A stretch of 63,738 bases of DNA, filler included. It is 21 parts of 21 records of this genome, joined end to end, with 100 filler letters (N's around TTAATTAATTAA, not from the genome) between each part and the next. Parts side by side here need not be neighbours in the genome. Positions count along the whole stretch, not along the records: positions 45,387 to 48,026 come from SRR36015646_24698; positions 48,127 to 52,551 come from SRR36015646_25058; positions 52,652 to 55,144 come from SRR36015646_25170; positions 55,245 to 57,598 come from SRR36015646_25371; positions 57,699 to 61,627 come from SRR36015646_25452; 16 more parts are not named here. One strand, given 5' to 3'. The position numbers and the translations under genes were made by a program. Shown here one piece after another: positions 47,330 to 58,710 of this stretch. Position 1 is the stretch's first letter; every line of letters starts with the position of its first letter. Below the pieces are notes generated by a model. That model saw only the letters and a program-made list of their open reading frames with translations. It was not told the origin of the DNA and did no database searches.

Positions 47330-48026
47330 ACAGTAGACCCACTCCAAAGTGTGAACCTATGGTAATCAATATTTCGTCATATTCACTCAGTGAGGCAGAA
47401 ATTGGAGTTTTGAGTAAGGGTTTGAAATATACTCCAACACCAAATCCTAATCCAACTGAACTCGGTGGGGATATTGCGGAATTTTGTAGAAAAGTAAGAC
47501 TTAAAGAAGATGTGGCACACAAAAACTATGAGGAGGATGGATCTATCCTACGTAATAAAAGTAATTACTGTCCTTCCATTGGGAAGAACAACACTTTAGA
47601 TTTATTTCTAAATGTTATCCAAAAGCAACCTTTACAATGCTTTAATAACGCTAAAGACAACTTGGCCATAGCAGAAAGAAGAGCCCTAAATGACTTGAAA
47701 AATAATAACAAAATTGTTATTAAGGAAGCCGACAAAGGTGGGGCAGTTATTGTCATGGACAGTAATTATTACAGCGATTTAATTGTAAATATGGTTAATG
47801 ATAAAGAATTTTATGAAGAAACCTCTAAAAAAGTTGACACGGGTGTGATGCACAAAGTAAATTCTCTGGTATCCAAATATCTTACCAATAAATGTATTAC
47901 ACAAAAAGAGGCTAATTTTCTTACAAAATTTCCGATACGATGTAGTAACTTTTATGGTTTACCAAAGGTACATAAAAGTTTAGAAATTTCTAAAGCCATT
48001 CAAACTCAAAACTCTTCATACATAAA
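47251..48026 (+). mobile_element. Penelope-like element RT ORF, N-terminal part, 3'-truncated
   Basis: VINISSYSLS..E..VLSKGLKYTPTP, NL...ERRALNDLKNN..IVIKEADKGGAVIVMD, FYGLPKVHK are PLE RT hallmarks. Frame open from 47227; first ATG at 47359. Confidence 0.92.
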
Positions 48027-48126
48027 NNNNNNNNNNNNNNNNNNNNNNNNNNNNNNNNNNNNNNNNNNNNTTAATTAATTAANNNNNNNNNNNNNNNNNN
48101 NNNNNNNNNNNNNNNNNNNNNNNNNN

Positions 48127-48947
48127 TCCGACACATCAAATCGAATAAACTACTTACTCCAGTACCTAATTATCTAACAGTGAAGGGATGTCGATTACGT
48201 GTGCGATATACCGGGCAATCAAGCAACGACATGTTTTGCTATAACTGTGGTGACAGAGGTCACATCGCAGAGGAATGCCCTCACCCGCAGCAATGCCGAT
48301 TGTGTAAACAACCCGGGCATAAATCGTGGCAATGCGAAAAAAGAGTGAAAAGGGACCCCATACAGAGATCACGTGGGGAGGAAACGTACGCACGTGCAGT
48401 TACTGGCGACATGCTTGGTTACCCGCCTGTTGATGACAGTAGCGATTTAACGTACGCCAAGCATGCTCCAACATCTGGAACTGTCGGCCAGGAGGTGCCA
48501 GTGCCAGCGCCCAGGGGTGCCCCATCCAGAGATCCGCCTAGCCATGCGAGTCAAGACCTACATGTACATGCAGCTGGCCATGACAGTCAGGACCCACCAG
48601 TGCCTGAATCCGCCAGCCAGCTAGAGGAACGAGAAGAAAATACACCTCTTGCGATACAGAACGAAACCCTATCGAATGCTTCTACTGTGTGTGATAGCAA
48701 CGAGTTGGGTCTGAAAAGAAAAGTTATGTTCGATCTGAGTGTTAGCAGCAACAGCAGCAGTGGAAGTATCGTGTCACAGCCACTTAAGAAACCGTCTGGT
48801 CTCTATCATTCACATATCGACTACAGTGTAAGTGAGGGTAACTCGCTAATAATCGATGAGTCACAACCTCCTGTGACCACATCGACTCCTATGAAAAACC
48901 AAGAACTCATTCCGGTGAACACGTTAAGGAAACAACATCCAAAATGA
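48127..48947 (+). CDS. L1/Tx1-type ORF1 (gag-like, two CCHC knuckles), 5'-truncated
   Basis: CYNCGDRGHIAEEC, CRLCKQPGHKSWQC. Homologous to 57699-58661. Confidence 0.88.
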
Positions 48948-51900
48948 ACTCAATGCTGTATGCAATTTTGTCAATGTGCATGCACCTAATAGTTTGTATA
49001 TTTGTTTCACCTACTGGGACTTTTCCCCTTTCATTAACTACTATGACGAATTGCAACTCCATACTCACCTTTAATGTCAGAGGACTAAAAAGTAAGATAG
49101 ATTATGTTTCAGACTTTATAAGGAAACTCAATCCTTCAATTATAGCACTCCAAGAAGTACATGAACTTTCTAAGTATGAAAAACAGTCATGGTGTAATTA
49201 CTGGCATGAGGACTTGTGCTTTTTTAGCTATCTTGAGAACAACCCCACTTCCAGTGCTGGAGTAGCAATTGTGTTCAATCACAATTTAGGTAATGATTTG
49301 GAGATTAAAAAATATGAGGAAATAGTAAAAGGCCGATGTATTCTGGTTGAATTCTCTTTGAATAATATTCCATATACCATAATAAATGTGTATGCACCCA
49401 ACGCAGTGAGAGAAAGAAAAATATTTTACACAAACCTATTGCAAAAACTTACCAAACATATTGTAGGCTTACCAATTTTTCTAGGCGACTTCAACATGGT
49501 TCAATACAGCACAGACACAAAAAACTTCAACCCCCATTACAACACTGCAGGTGCTCCGATGTTTGCAGAGATTGAACAGGAGTACAAACTGAAAGATGTC
49601 TTCAGAGCACTAAATCCAACCAAAGTAGAGTACACTTGGAGAGATAGCACAGGCCATGCATCACGAATAGATAGATTTCATGTACATTGCGACATCATGC
49701 GACTCGTCATCAACTGTACAAAAGTACCCAATGCCATAAGTGATCATGATTGCATCATTTTAAAGTTTAATGATAGCTTCTATAAACAAAGGAAAAATGG
49801 TATTTGGAAATGCAACACGTCAATACTGAAGGAACCCGCACTGAAAGAGGAAATCTCACAGATGGCATTGGAATTCCGACATATGAAACCAAGCTATGAG
49901 AATCCACTCCAATGGTGGGACGACTACAAAGGTAAAATCAAACGTATTATAATAAAACACTGTGTACATAGGGCCAAGAGCAGCAAAACACATGGAAATA
50001 ACTTGGAAAAAGAACTAGCATCTCTGACTAATCTACTGGATAGACAAAGAGAAGAGAGAGACATTAGAGAAACAGCTACAAACATACAGGAAATAAAACA
50101 CCGCATTCATGAAGCAGCAAGGGAAAAAACAGAAGGCATAAAAGTAAGATCTAGAGCGAAATACACCGAAGACTGCGAATCGTCACCGGATTTCTTTGCT
50201 AAGATGGAGAAGAAAAACCAAATGAAGAAATACATACACACACTATATAATGAAAATAATGATCTTGTTACATCGGAAGATGGCATCAAAGACACAGTGC
50301 ATCAATTCTACAAGCACTTGTATGAACGAGAGGATATTTCAGAAGAGTCACAAACGGAATTTCTTCAGTATATCAATACGAAGCTCTCAGATGAAGACAA
50401 AAAAATTTGTGAGGGTTTTCTAAGCGTAGATGAATTATACAAAGCATTGAAACAGATGGGTAACAACAAAGCTCCAGGGAATGATGGTCTTCCTAAGGAA
50501 TTCTATATAGAATTTTGGGAAGTGATTGGAAGCGATTTGACAGAAGCTTTGAATAATTCATATTTGATGGGAGAATTACCGGAGTCTCTTACGATGGCGA
50601 TAATAACACTTCTGTACAAAAAGTTAGATCATAGGATGCTCAAAAATTACAGGCCCATATCTCTACTGAATGTAGATTACAAGATTTTGACAAAGACACT
50701 TGCAGCTCGACTTCGCCTTGTAATCCACAAACTAGTACACCTGAATCAAACCTGTGGCATACCAGGTCGGTATATTTTTGATAACTTATACCTGTTGCAA
50801 GGGATAATTGAGCATGCAGACCATACTGGAACCCCAGGTGCCATTGTATGTCTCGATAACGAGAAAGCATTCGACAGAGTCGAACATAGTTGGCTAAAGA
50901 AGGTCCTGAAACAGTACGACTTTGGAGATGGATTTCTTAGGTGGATCGACATCATATATTCAAACATGAAAGCAAAGGTTTTGGTGAACGGTGACTTAAC
51001 GGACACAATTGATGTGGGAAGATCCCTAAGACAAGGATGTGCGCTCTCAATGATGCTGTACATTCTTACTGCCGAGCCACTGGATAATGCCATCAGACAA
51101 GATAAGGAAATACATGGGATGAAGCTGCCAGGCAAATCTGAAATAAAGATATCTTGTTACGCAGACGATAAGACTGCATTGGTCTCGGACATCAGATCTG
51201 TGACTAAAATCATGGCACACACGCAGCGGTTTCAGCGAGCATCTGGAGCAAAACAAAATAAAGACAAAACCGAGGTATTCTTAACAGGATCATGGCAGGG
51301 ACAGTCAATTACAGTACCTGACGACTGGATAAAAACAAAGGTTAAAATACTTGGAATAACATTCGGTCAAGACAACACTAGCCAGAAAGACAACTGGGAG
51401 CCAGCAATCGCCAAGGTAGCAAAGTCAATTAACTACTGGTCACCAAGGGATTTGTCTTTTGAGGGCAGAAAGACAATAATGCATACATTCGGTTTAAGTA
51501 AAATTTGGTACTTGGCTCGGTTCATACCAATAACACAGGAAAGTGACAAATTACTGAGTTCTATGTGCTTCAAATTTTTATGGAATATTCCCATTGAGCC
51601 AATAAAGCGTGATGTACTGTACTTGGCGAAAGAGCAAGGTGGTCAAGGAATAATAAACATAGGTGCACGGGCAAAGGCTCTATTATGTTACCGCATTACT
51701 GCTCTACTGGCAACACGACATGATTGGAAGGAGTACGGAATATATCAATTGGGGATTGCGCTACGTAACTTGCAACCAGATTTTGCAAGCAATGCAAGAC
51801 CCCATGCTGCTCTTTGCTATGGGACGTACAAAACAATTCTGTCTCTGTACAGAAAGATACAGTCGAAGTACCCCGTCTTCAAATGGGCAGGAAGCAACAT

Positions 51901-52522
51901 CAAACAAATTTATGATGCACTGCAAAATAAAGATGTTGATGTGGATATAGTGCGACAGAATGATGACAAAGACTGGCCAAAAATATGGAAAAACACAAGT
52001 AACAAACAAGTAAATAGCAAACAACGTTACATCAACTACATGGTGGTGCACAATAGACTCAACACAGGAGACAGAAGGGCGAAACACAACATACGGAACG
52101 ACAGAAATGGTAAAAAGTATGACAACAGGTGTCAGTTTTGCAAAAGATTTACGGAGTCAATCAGGCATTTATTTATGCACTGTGAAATGCTTATTGATCT
52201 CCGGAGAAGATTGGAAGCATTAGTAAATGCTCGACTTACGGAGGAACTTGTGCTGTTTAACATGACGGATCCAAGCAAAACAAAACATGAAGAGAACACA
52301 ACACTTATACTGGTTTCTACGTATAAATACACTGTATGGAACATGAGAAATAAACTGGAGAAGAAGGAAACAAGCTTAATCTCAGTGATGGATTCTATCG
52401 TAGGTACCTTTCTGAGATCAATATCATATCGGATAAAGACAGATCAACACAGACTAGAAGACGATGTGTTCAACAAAATATGGAGATCAACCGTAGCTCA
52501 AGGAGTGGTAAACACATGGTGA
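48944..52522 (+). mobile_element. L1/Tx1-type ORF2 (APE, RT, C-terminal Cys/His), complete
   Basis: FNVRGL, ALQE, NVYAPN, GDFN, SRID, SDH; KAPGNDGLPKEFY, YRPISLLN, EKAFDRV, LRQGC, YADD; CQFC...HLFMHC. Confidence 0.95.
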
Positions 52523-52678
52523 GAAACAGCGATTATTAAGGAACCCCATTTNNNNNNNNNNNNNNNNNNNNNNNNNNNNNNNNNNNNNNNNNNNNTTAAT
52601 TAATTAANNNNNNNNNNNNNNNNNNNNNNNNNNNNNNNNNNNNNNNNNNNNAAATGAAACGTATTCCACTGCATATAT

Positions 52679-55144
52679 TTAGACTGCCGTACATAGTCCT
52701 CCCCACATCATGCTAAACTTTGCTGTATTGAAACGAAGTTTATCTATTTCTAATCGTTGTTGTATTTTCCTGCCAAATTGCTCTTTCATCTTTTGTATAA
52801 TCTCCACATTTGCAGTTATACTGTCTTGCTCTAGGCCATTTCTGTATGTCCATACCACTGACTTGTAAAGACCCAACAGATATATAGCTCCATTAGTATG
52901 TGTTGTATCCCTCATATCATGGAATATTATTTTGTCCATTGTGATTATGCTTACCGTCTTTTCTTCCATCTCATTTACTTTTATCTGTAGCTCATCTCTC
53001 ACTGGTTTCAGATTGGAGCAGCTGACAAAAACGTGTTGCAGGGTTTCAATGTCAGTGTTGCAAAATTTGCATTTGTTATTGTACACAAGACCAGTTGCAC
53101 TTCTTCTAATATTGTGACGATTTCTTCTTTCACCTGTGTTCAACCTGTCGTGTGCAGCTAGCAGACATATGTCTGCATGTTTTGGTTCCAGTATTTTGCT
53201 CCCTACATTTCTCCATATTGTCTTCCATTTTCTGTTTGTGTTCCTGGCTTGAACTGCTGGTACTACATCTTTCAGATATTTTTCCATTAGAGCTCCATAT
53301 ATATCCTTAAGTTTACATGTCCTCCACTTGATATTAGCCGTTATTTCCTTGCTCTCCAAGAATGTTCTTTTTATCACGCTGTAAATGCCTGTGGTAGTTT
53401 GTGCATGTCTGTATTTGTTTTCACTGTATTGCCGTTCTATATGCCTTAGACTATATCCAAGCCAATATATACCGAAGCCCTTCCATGCTTGTTCTGTGTT
53501 GAGAAGAACGTTAATTCTTTGCAGTAGCATTGCTTTTATACGTATCCCAATGTTCAGCATATTCATTCCTCCTCGAGCAACAGGTAAGTGCATTACATCA
53601 CGTTTGATGGCTTCTATTGGTATCTTCCATGTAAATCTGAAGCTTTTGCTGGTGATGCTTTTAATCCGATCCTCACTGAGCCCTATGATCCTAGCTACAT
53701 ACCAAATTTTACTGAGCACGAATGTTTCGAGTAACATTTTTCTGCCGTGCATGGATAGATCCCTCGTGCTCCAAAAATTTATTTTTGCTTCCATTTTTTG
53801 GATTATTGGTGCATAGTTCAGTTCTTGCATATTTTCGTGCCCAAAATGAATCCCTAGAACCTTTACCGAGGGCTTTACATATCTAGCAGGAAAAAGATCT
53901 ATTCTTCCTTTCCATGGGCCAAGCAGCAAGATCTCTGTTTTATCCTCATTTTGCTTCGCTCCAGATGCTTGTGTGAACTTATTTAGATGCTGCGTTATAT
54001 AATATAGAGACTTCGGGTGCGTTACAATTGCAGTATTGTCATCTGCATAACTCGATACTTTCACTTCTTTCCCGTTAGGTATATGCAGACCTCTTATCCT
54101 AGTGTCTTGTCTGATAGTTGCGTTAAAAGGCTCAAAAGATAGGACATAGAGTGACATTGAAAGAGAACATCCTTGACGAAGAGATCTAGTTAATATAATT
54201 TCTGTTGACAGCTCTCCGTTTATGAGCAGTTTTGATTTCATATCTGTGTATACAATCTCAATCCACCTAATGAACATTTTTCCAAATCCAAACTGTTTTA
54301 GCACTTTGCTCATCCATGTGTGCTCAACGCGGTCGAATGCCTTTTCATTGTCTAAACACACGATAGCACAACTTAAATCCTGCGTTTCTGCGTGGTCCAT
54401 TACACTCTGTATAAGGTATAGGTTGTCGCATATGGATCTTTTTGGCACGCCGCATGTCTGTGATAGGTGAATTAACTTGGATATGACCATTTTTAGACGC
54501 CCTGTAAGAGTTCTTGTGAGCAGCTTGTAGTCTGTATTGAGAAGTGACACTGGACGGTAGTTCTTTATTTGTCGGTGGTCTCCTTTTTTAAACAGTAATA
54601 TAATTATAGCTATCTGTAGGGATTTGGGCATTCTTCCAGCTAAATATGAGTTATTTAACATTTCTGTTAAATCATCTCCTATCTCATCCCAAAACTCGGC
54701 ATAAAACTCTTTTGTTAGTCCATCCTCTCCTGGTGATTTATTGCTTTTCATCCCAAGCAAAGCTTTTTTTAGCTCATGTTTCTGTATAAAACCTTCACAC
54801 AATTCTTTTTCCTCTTCTGATAGTATATTTTCGATTTTTTCCAAAAACTCATCTTGTGTTTGTGAATCTGTTCCTTCTGATTTATACAAATTTGAGTAAA
54901 AGTCCTGGATTTCCTTCATTATCTGGTCTTGCTCCGTGAGAAGTTCGCCATTTTTGCTCAGTAAAATATTTATCTCTTTTTTACGTCTGTTCGCCTTTTC
55001 AATCTGTGAGAAAAATTGTGGAGATGATTCACCTTCCTCTATTTCATCTATACGAGCTCTTATCCTCAAGCCCTCTATCTTCCGTCGTGAGATCACTTCA
55101 AGAGCTTCTCTTAGTTCTGCTATTCTAGTCGCAGCATTGCCATT
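52679..55144 (-). mobile_element. L1/Tx1-type ORF2 (RT + C-terminal Cys/His), 5'-truncated
   Basis: KSPGEDGLTKEFY, YRPVSLLN, EKAFDRV, YADD, CKFC...HVFVSC. Confidence 0.94.
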
Positions 55145-55244
55145 NNNNNNNNNNNNNNNNNNNNNNNNNNNNNNNNNNNNNNNNNNNNTTAATTAATTAA
55201 NNNNNNNNNNNNNNNNNNNNNNNNNNNNNNNNNNNNNNNNNNNN

Positions 55245-57598
55245 CTGAGAGATGAGCAAAAATGGCTGAATGAGTGGGGAGGCCATATAGTATTTAACCA
55301 TGGAACGACACACTCCAAGGGAGTATGCATAATGTTTAACAAACAATCTAACCTTAAGTGTACCAATCAATTAAGCGATGGCGATGGAAGAATGCTCAGT
55401 GTCGATATACAATGGCAGAATGAAGATATAAGACTTACAAACCTGTATGCACCAAATACAATTACGGAGAGGAGACGTTTCTTCCAACACCATGTAGGAA
55501 ATGCACTAAGTAAAAACATATTGAATGTCGTGGGAGGAGATCTTAATGTTTTAATAGATGATCAATTAGACTCTCTTAATGCTAGACCAGTGCCTGACTC
55601 CAGCCGTGATACACTTAAACAGCTGATGGACGATTATAGCCTAGATGATGTTTGGCGAAGACATTTTCCAGATAGGAAAGAGTTTACTTACAGAAATGCC
55701 GCGAAAACGATCTGCAGTAGAATAGACTATATATTAAGTGATGAACGACTAAGGACATCTGTTGTTCATTCCGAAATAAAATATTGCGTTTGGAGTGATC
55801 ATGAAGCCGTCTCCGTAAAACTTGACGCGATGAGTGATGTTAAGAGGGGTCCAGGGAAATGGATTATCAATGATCAGATCCTGAAAGATGAAAACTACAA
55901 AAACACGATAGAAGCGTATATTGTTAACTGGCGGAATGTTAAACCAAATGACATAACTTGGTGTAGTTGGTGGGAAAAACTAAAAAGAGACGTAAAAGAC
56001 ATTTCCATTGATATATGTAAAAAGAGGTCTAAGAGGCAAAAACATCTTAAAAAGAAACTATTAAAAGACCAAACGAGAGTCACTAAGAAAATCAACAATG
56101 GTCACTGGCAGTATGGAGCTCTTCTAAATAATATTGAAAGCCGACTGAGAGAAATTGAAGCCACGGAGACAGAAGGAGATAAACTGAGAGCAAAGGTTAT
56201 ATGGGAAGCAGAGGGAGAAAAGCCCACAAAGTACTTCCTAGGCTTAGAAAAACAGCAAGCAAAATCAAAAACAATGACGTGTGTTGTAGGTAAAGATGGG
56301 AGGCAGAATACTACAACAAATGGAATCATAACAGAGTGCTCCAAGTTCTACCAGGACCTATATACATCTGCAGGCATCGACAGGGAAAAGGCACAGCACA
56401 TTCTCTCACATGTAGAGAAAAAACTGACAGATGAGCAGCGAGAATCCTGTGACAATGACATAACCATCAAAGAATGTGAAAATGCATTAAAAGACATGAA
56501 GAAAGGCAAAACACCAGGCGATGATGGACTTAGTGTTGCCTTCTACAAGACCTTCTGGAGCTCTTTGAAGGAGGAGTACTTAAAACTTATAAACGAAATC
56601 TACAATGATGGAAGTATGACGGAATCAATGCGGAATGCCTTAATCATAATGATCTTCAAAGAGCTGGGAATCAGAGAGAGACTAGAATACTGGAGACCCA
56701 TTAGCTTACTTAATACCGATTATAAAATCGTCGCCAAAGTCATCGCTAATCGGTTTCGCTCTGTATTAAGTGACATTGTTGGAGACACTCAGACATGTGC
56801 AGTGAAAGGCAGAAATATTAGCAATAACATCTCCATAATTCGCGACACCATCTCCTACTCAAACGAGAGAAATACTGAACTGGGACTAGTCTGCATAGAC
56901 GAAGAGAAGGCCTTCGACCGGGTTGAATGGGAATATCTACAGCTCTGTTTGGAAAAGTTCAATTTTGGTCCAAAGATGTGCAAGTGGATTAAGATTTTGT
57001 ACACAGACATCACCAGTAGCGTAATGGTTAATGGATGGCAGAGTCCTCGCTTCCATCTCAAACGAGGAACTAGACAGGGATGTCCTTTGTCCATGTGTCT
57101 GTATGTAATAGCTGCTGAACCGTTTATACAGATGGTCTCCAAAAACCAAGGATTGACGGGAATAACAATAAACAACGCTGCTGTAAAAATTGTTGCCCAT
57201 GCAGATGATAAAACTGTATTTATTACAAAGAACGATCAAATAGACATCCTACACAGGCTCTTAAAAATAAATGAGCAAGGAACGGGCGCCAAGATTAATA
57301 TATCAAAATTCAAAGGGTTTTGGACAGGTGCATGGAAAACACGTGAGGATCGTATAGGGAATTTCTCATGGACAAACAAGTCAATCACAGCACTTGGCAT
57401 CGTGTTCAATAATAAAATGGACTACAAAGAAGCATGGAAGAAAGCCTCTGAGAAGTATCGGAAAGTACTCCAAACGTGGAGCCGCCGCCCATTATCACTC
57501 AATGGCAAGACTACAGTGGTTAACACTCTTGCAGTACCTATCCTGATGTACGCAGCAAGTGTTCTTCCCTATGAGGAAGCTGACGTCAAAAAGCTGCA
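55245..57598 (+). mobile_element. L1/Tx1-type ORF2 internal fragment (APE + RT); more divergent family
   Basis: NLYAPN, GGDLN, SRIDY, SDH, KTPGDDGL, WRPISLLN, EKAFDRV, RQGCPLS, HADD. Confidence 0.92.
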
Positions 57599-57698
57599 NN
57601 NNNNNNNNNNNNNNNNNNNNNNNNNNNNNNNNNNNNNNNNNNTTAATTAATTAANNNNNNNNNNNNNNNNNNNNNNNNNNNNNNNNNNNNNNNNNNNN

Positions 57699-58661
57699 AC
57701 CGTAGAAAACTTTAAACTCATTTCAGATATAGTAGGCTCTGAGCAGGGTTTGAACATTAGTGGCGGTGATAATCTGCGGGGCCAGGCCTGGCAACAAGCC
57801 AAGTCCAACAACATCGGTATGCGGCCTATCTACACGACGTATCACATATACGGGGCGCCTCCGGAGCTACATGACAATCCAGTCAAGGCTACTTTCGCAA
57901 AAATTATGGAAATAGCCGAGTACAAGAGGGGATACTTGAGAGAATATCGCAGCGTCGAGAGTGGTGTTCGACATATAAAAACGAACAAAATCCTAAAGCC
58001 AGTGCCCTCGTTCGTGACAATATTTGGTTGTAGGCTACGTGTTCGGCATAATGGACAGCTTCCAAATGACCTGGTTTGTTACAACTGCGGTGCCAGAGGC
58101 CATATTTCGGAGGAGTGTCCAGATCCCATCCAGTGCCGTATATGTAAAAACGCAGATCACAAGTCTTGGCAGTGCCCCGACAGGCCAGCTCGTAGGCCTA
58201 TTAGCAAAACCGTAAAGGCCCCGACATACGCCTCGATCGTAGACGAGAGCTGCCATGACGGTGACGATTTGAACGACCAGGAGGGTCCGCAGGTGCAGCA
58301 GGAGGAGCAGAAACCGGAGGGACATGTGTTGTCCGAGACATCCGAATTCAATCCACCAGCAGCAGATGAGCAGAAGGATAACGCGGAAAAGATTCTGAAG
58401 AGAAAGCAGGAAGAGATGAGCGACTTAAGTAATGATAGTATTGTGTCCCACCCTTCAAAGAAGCAACTGCCAAATGACTCTGATTTCTCAGTAGATAGTG
58501 ATGAGAGTGCACTGATTATCGATGAGGATCGTAAAAATAGTAGTGTTCAAGAGAAATCCAGCGACTCTGTGTGTGACACAGATTCTAATATATTGAGTGA
58601 CCCAAACTCTCAAATCAGTGTAACCACATCCACACCACAAAAGGGTGGTAACAAACTGTAA
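57699..58661 (+). CDS. L1/Tx1-type ORF1 (two CCHC knuckles), 5'-truncated
   Basis: ESGVRHI, CYNCGARGHISEEC, CRICKNADHKSWQC; C-terminal LIIDE...VTTSTP shared with 48127-48947. Confidence 0.88.
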   Translation, partial: TVENFKLISDIVGSEQGLNISGGDNLRGQAWQQAKSNNIGMRPIYTTYHIYGAPPELHDNPVKATFAKIMEIAEYKRGYLREYRSVESGVRHIKTNKILKPVPSFVTIFGCRLRVRHNGQLPNDLVCYNCGARGHISEECPDPIQCRICKNADHKSWQCPDRPARRPISKTVKAPTYASIVDESCHDGDDLNDQEGPQVQQEEQKPEGHVLSETSEFNPPAADEQKDNAEKILKRKQEEMSDLSNDSIVSHPSKKQLPNDSDFSVDSDESALIIDEDRKNSSVQEKSSDSVCDTDSNILSDPNSQISVTTSTPQKGGNKL

Positions 58662-58710
58662 TGTGTTTTTGTGTATTAATGTGTTGTATAATTCCAATCA
58701 CAGATAAATC

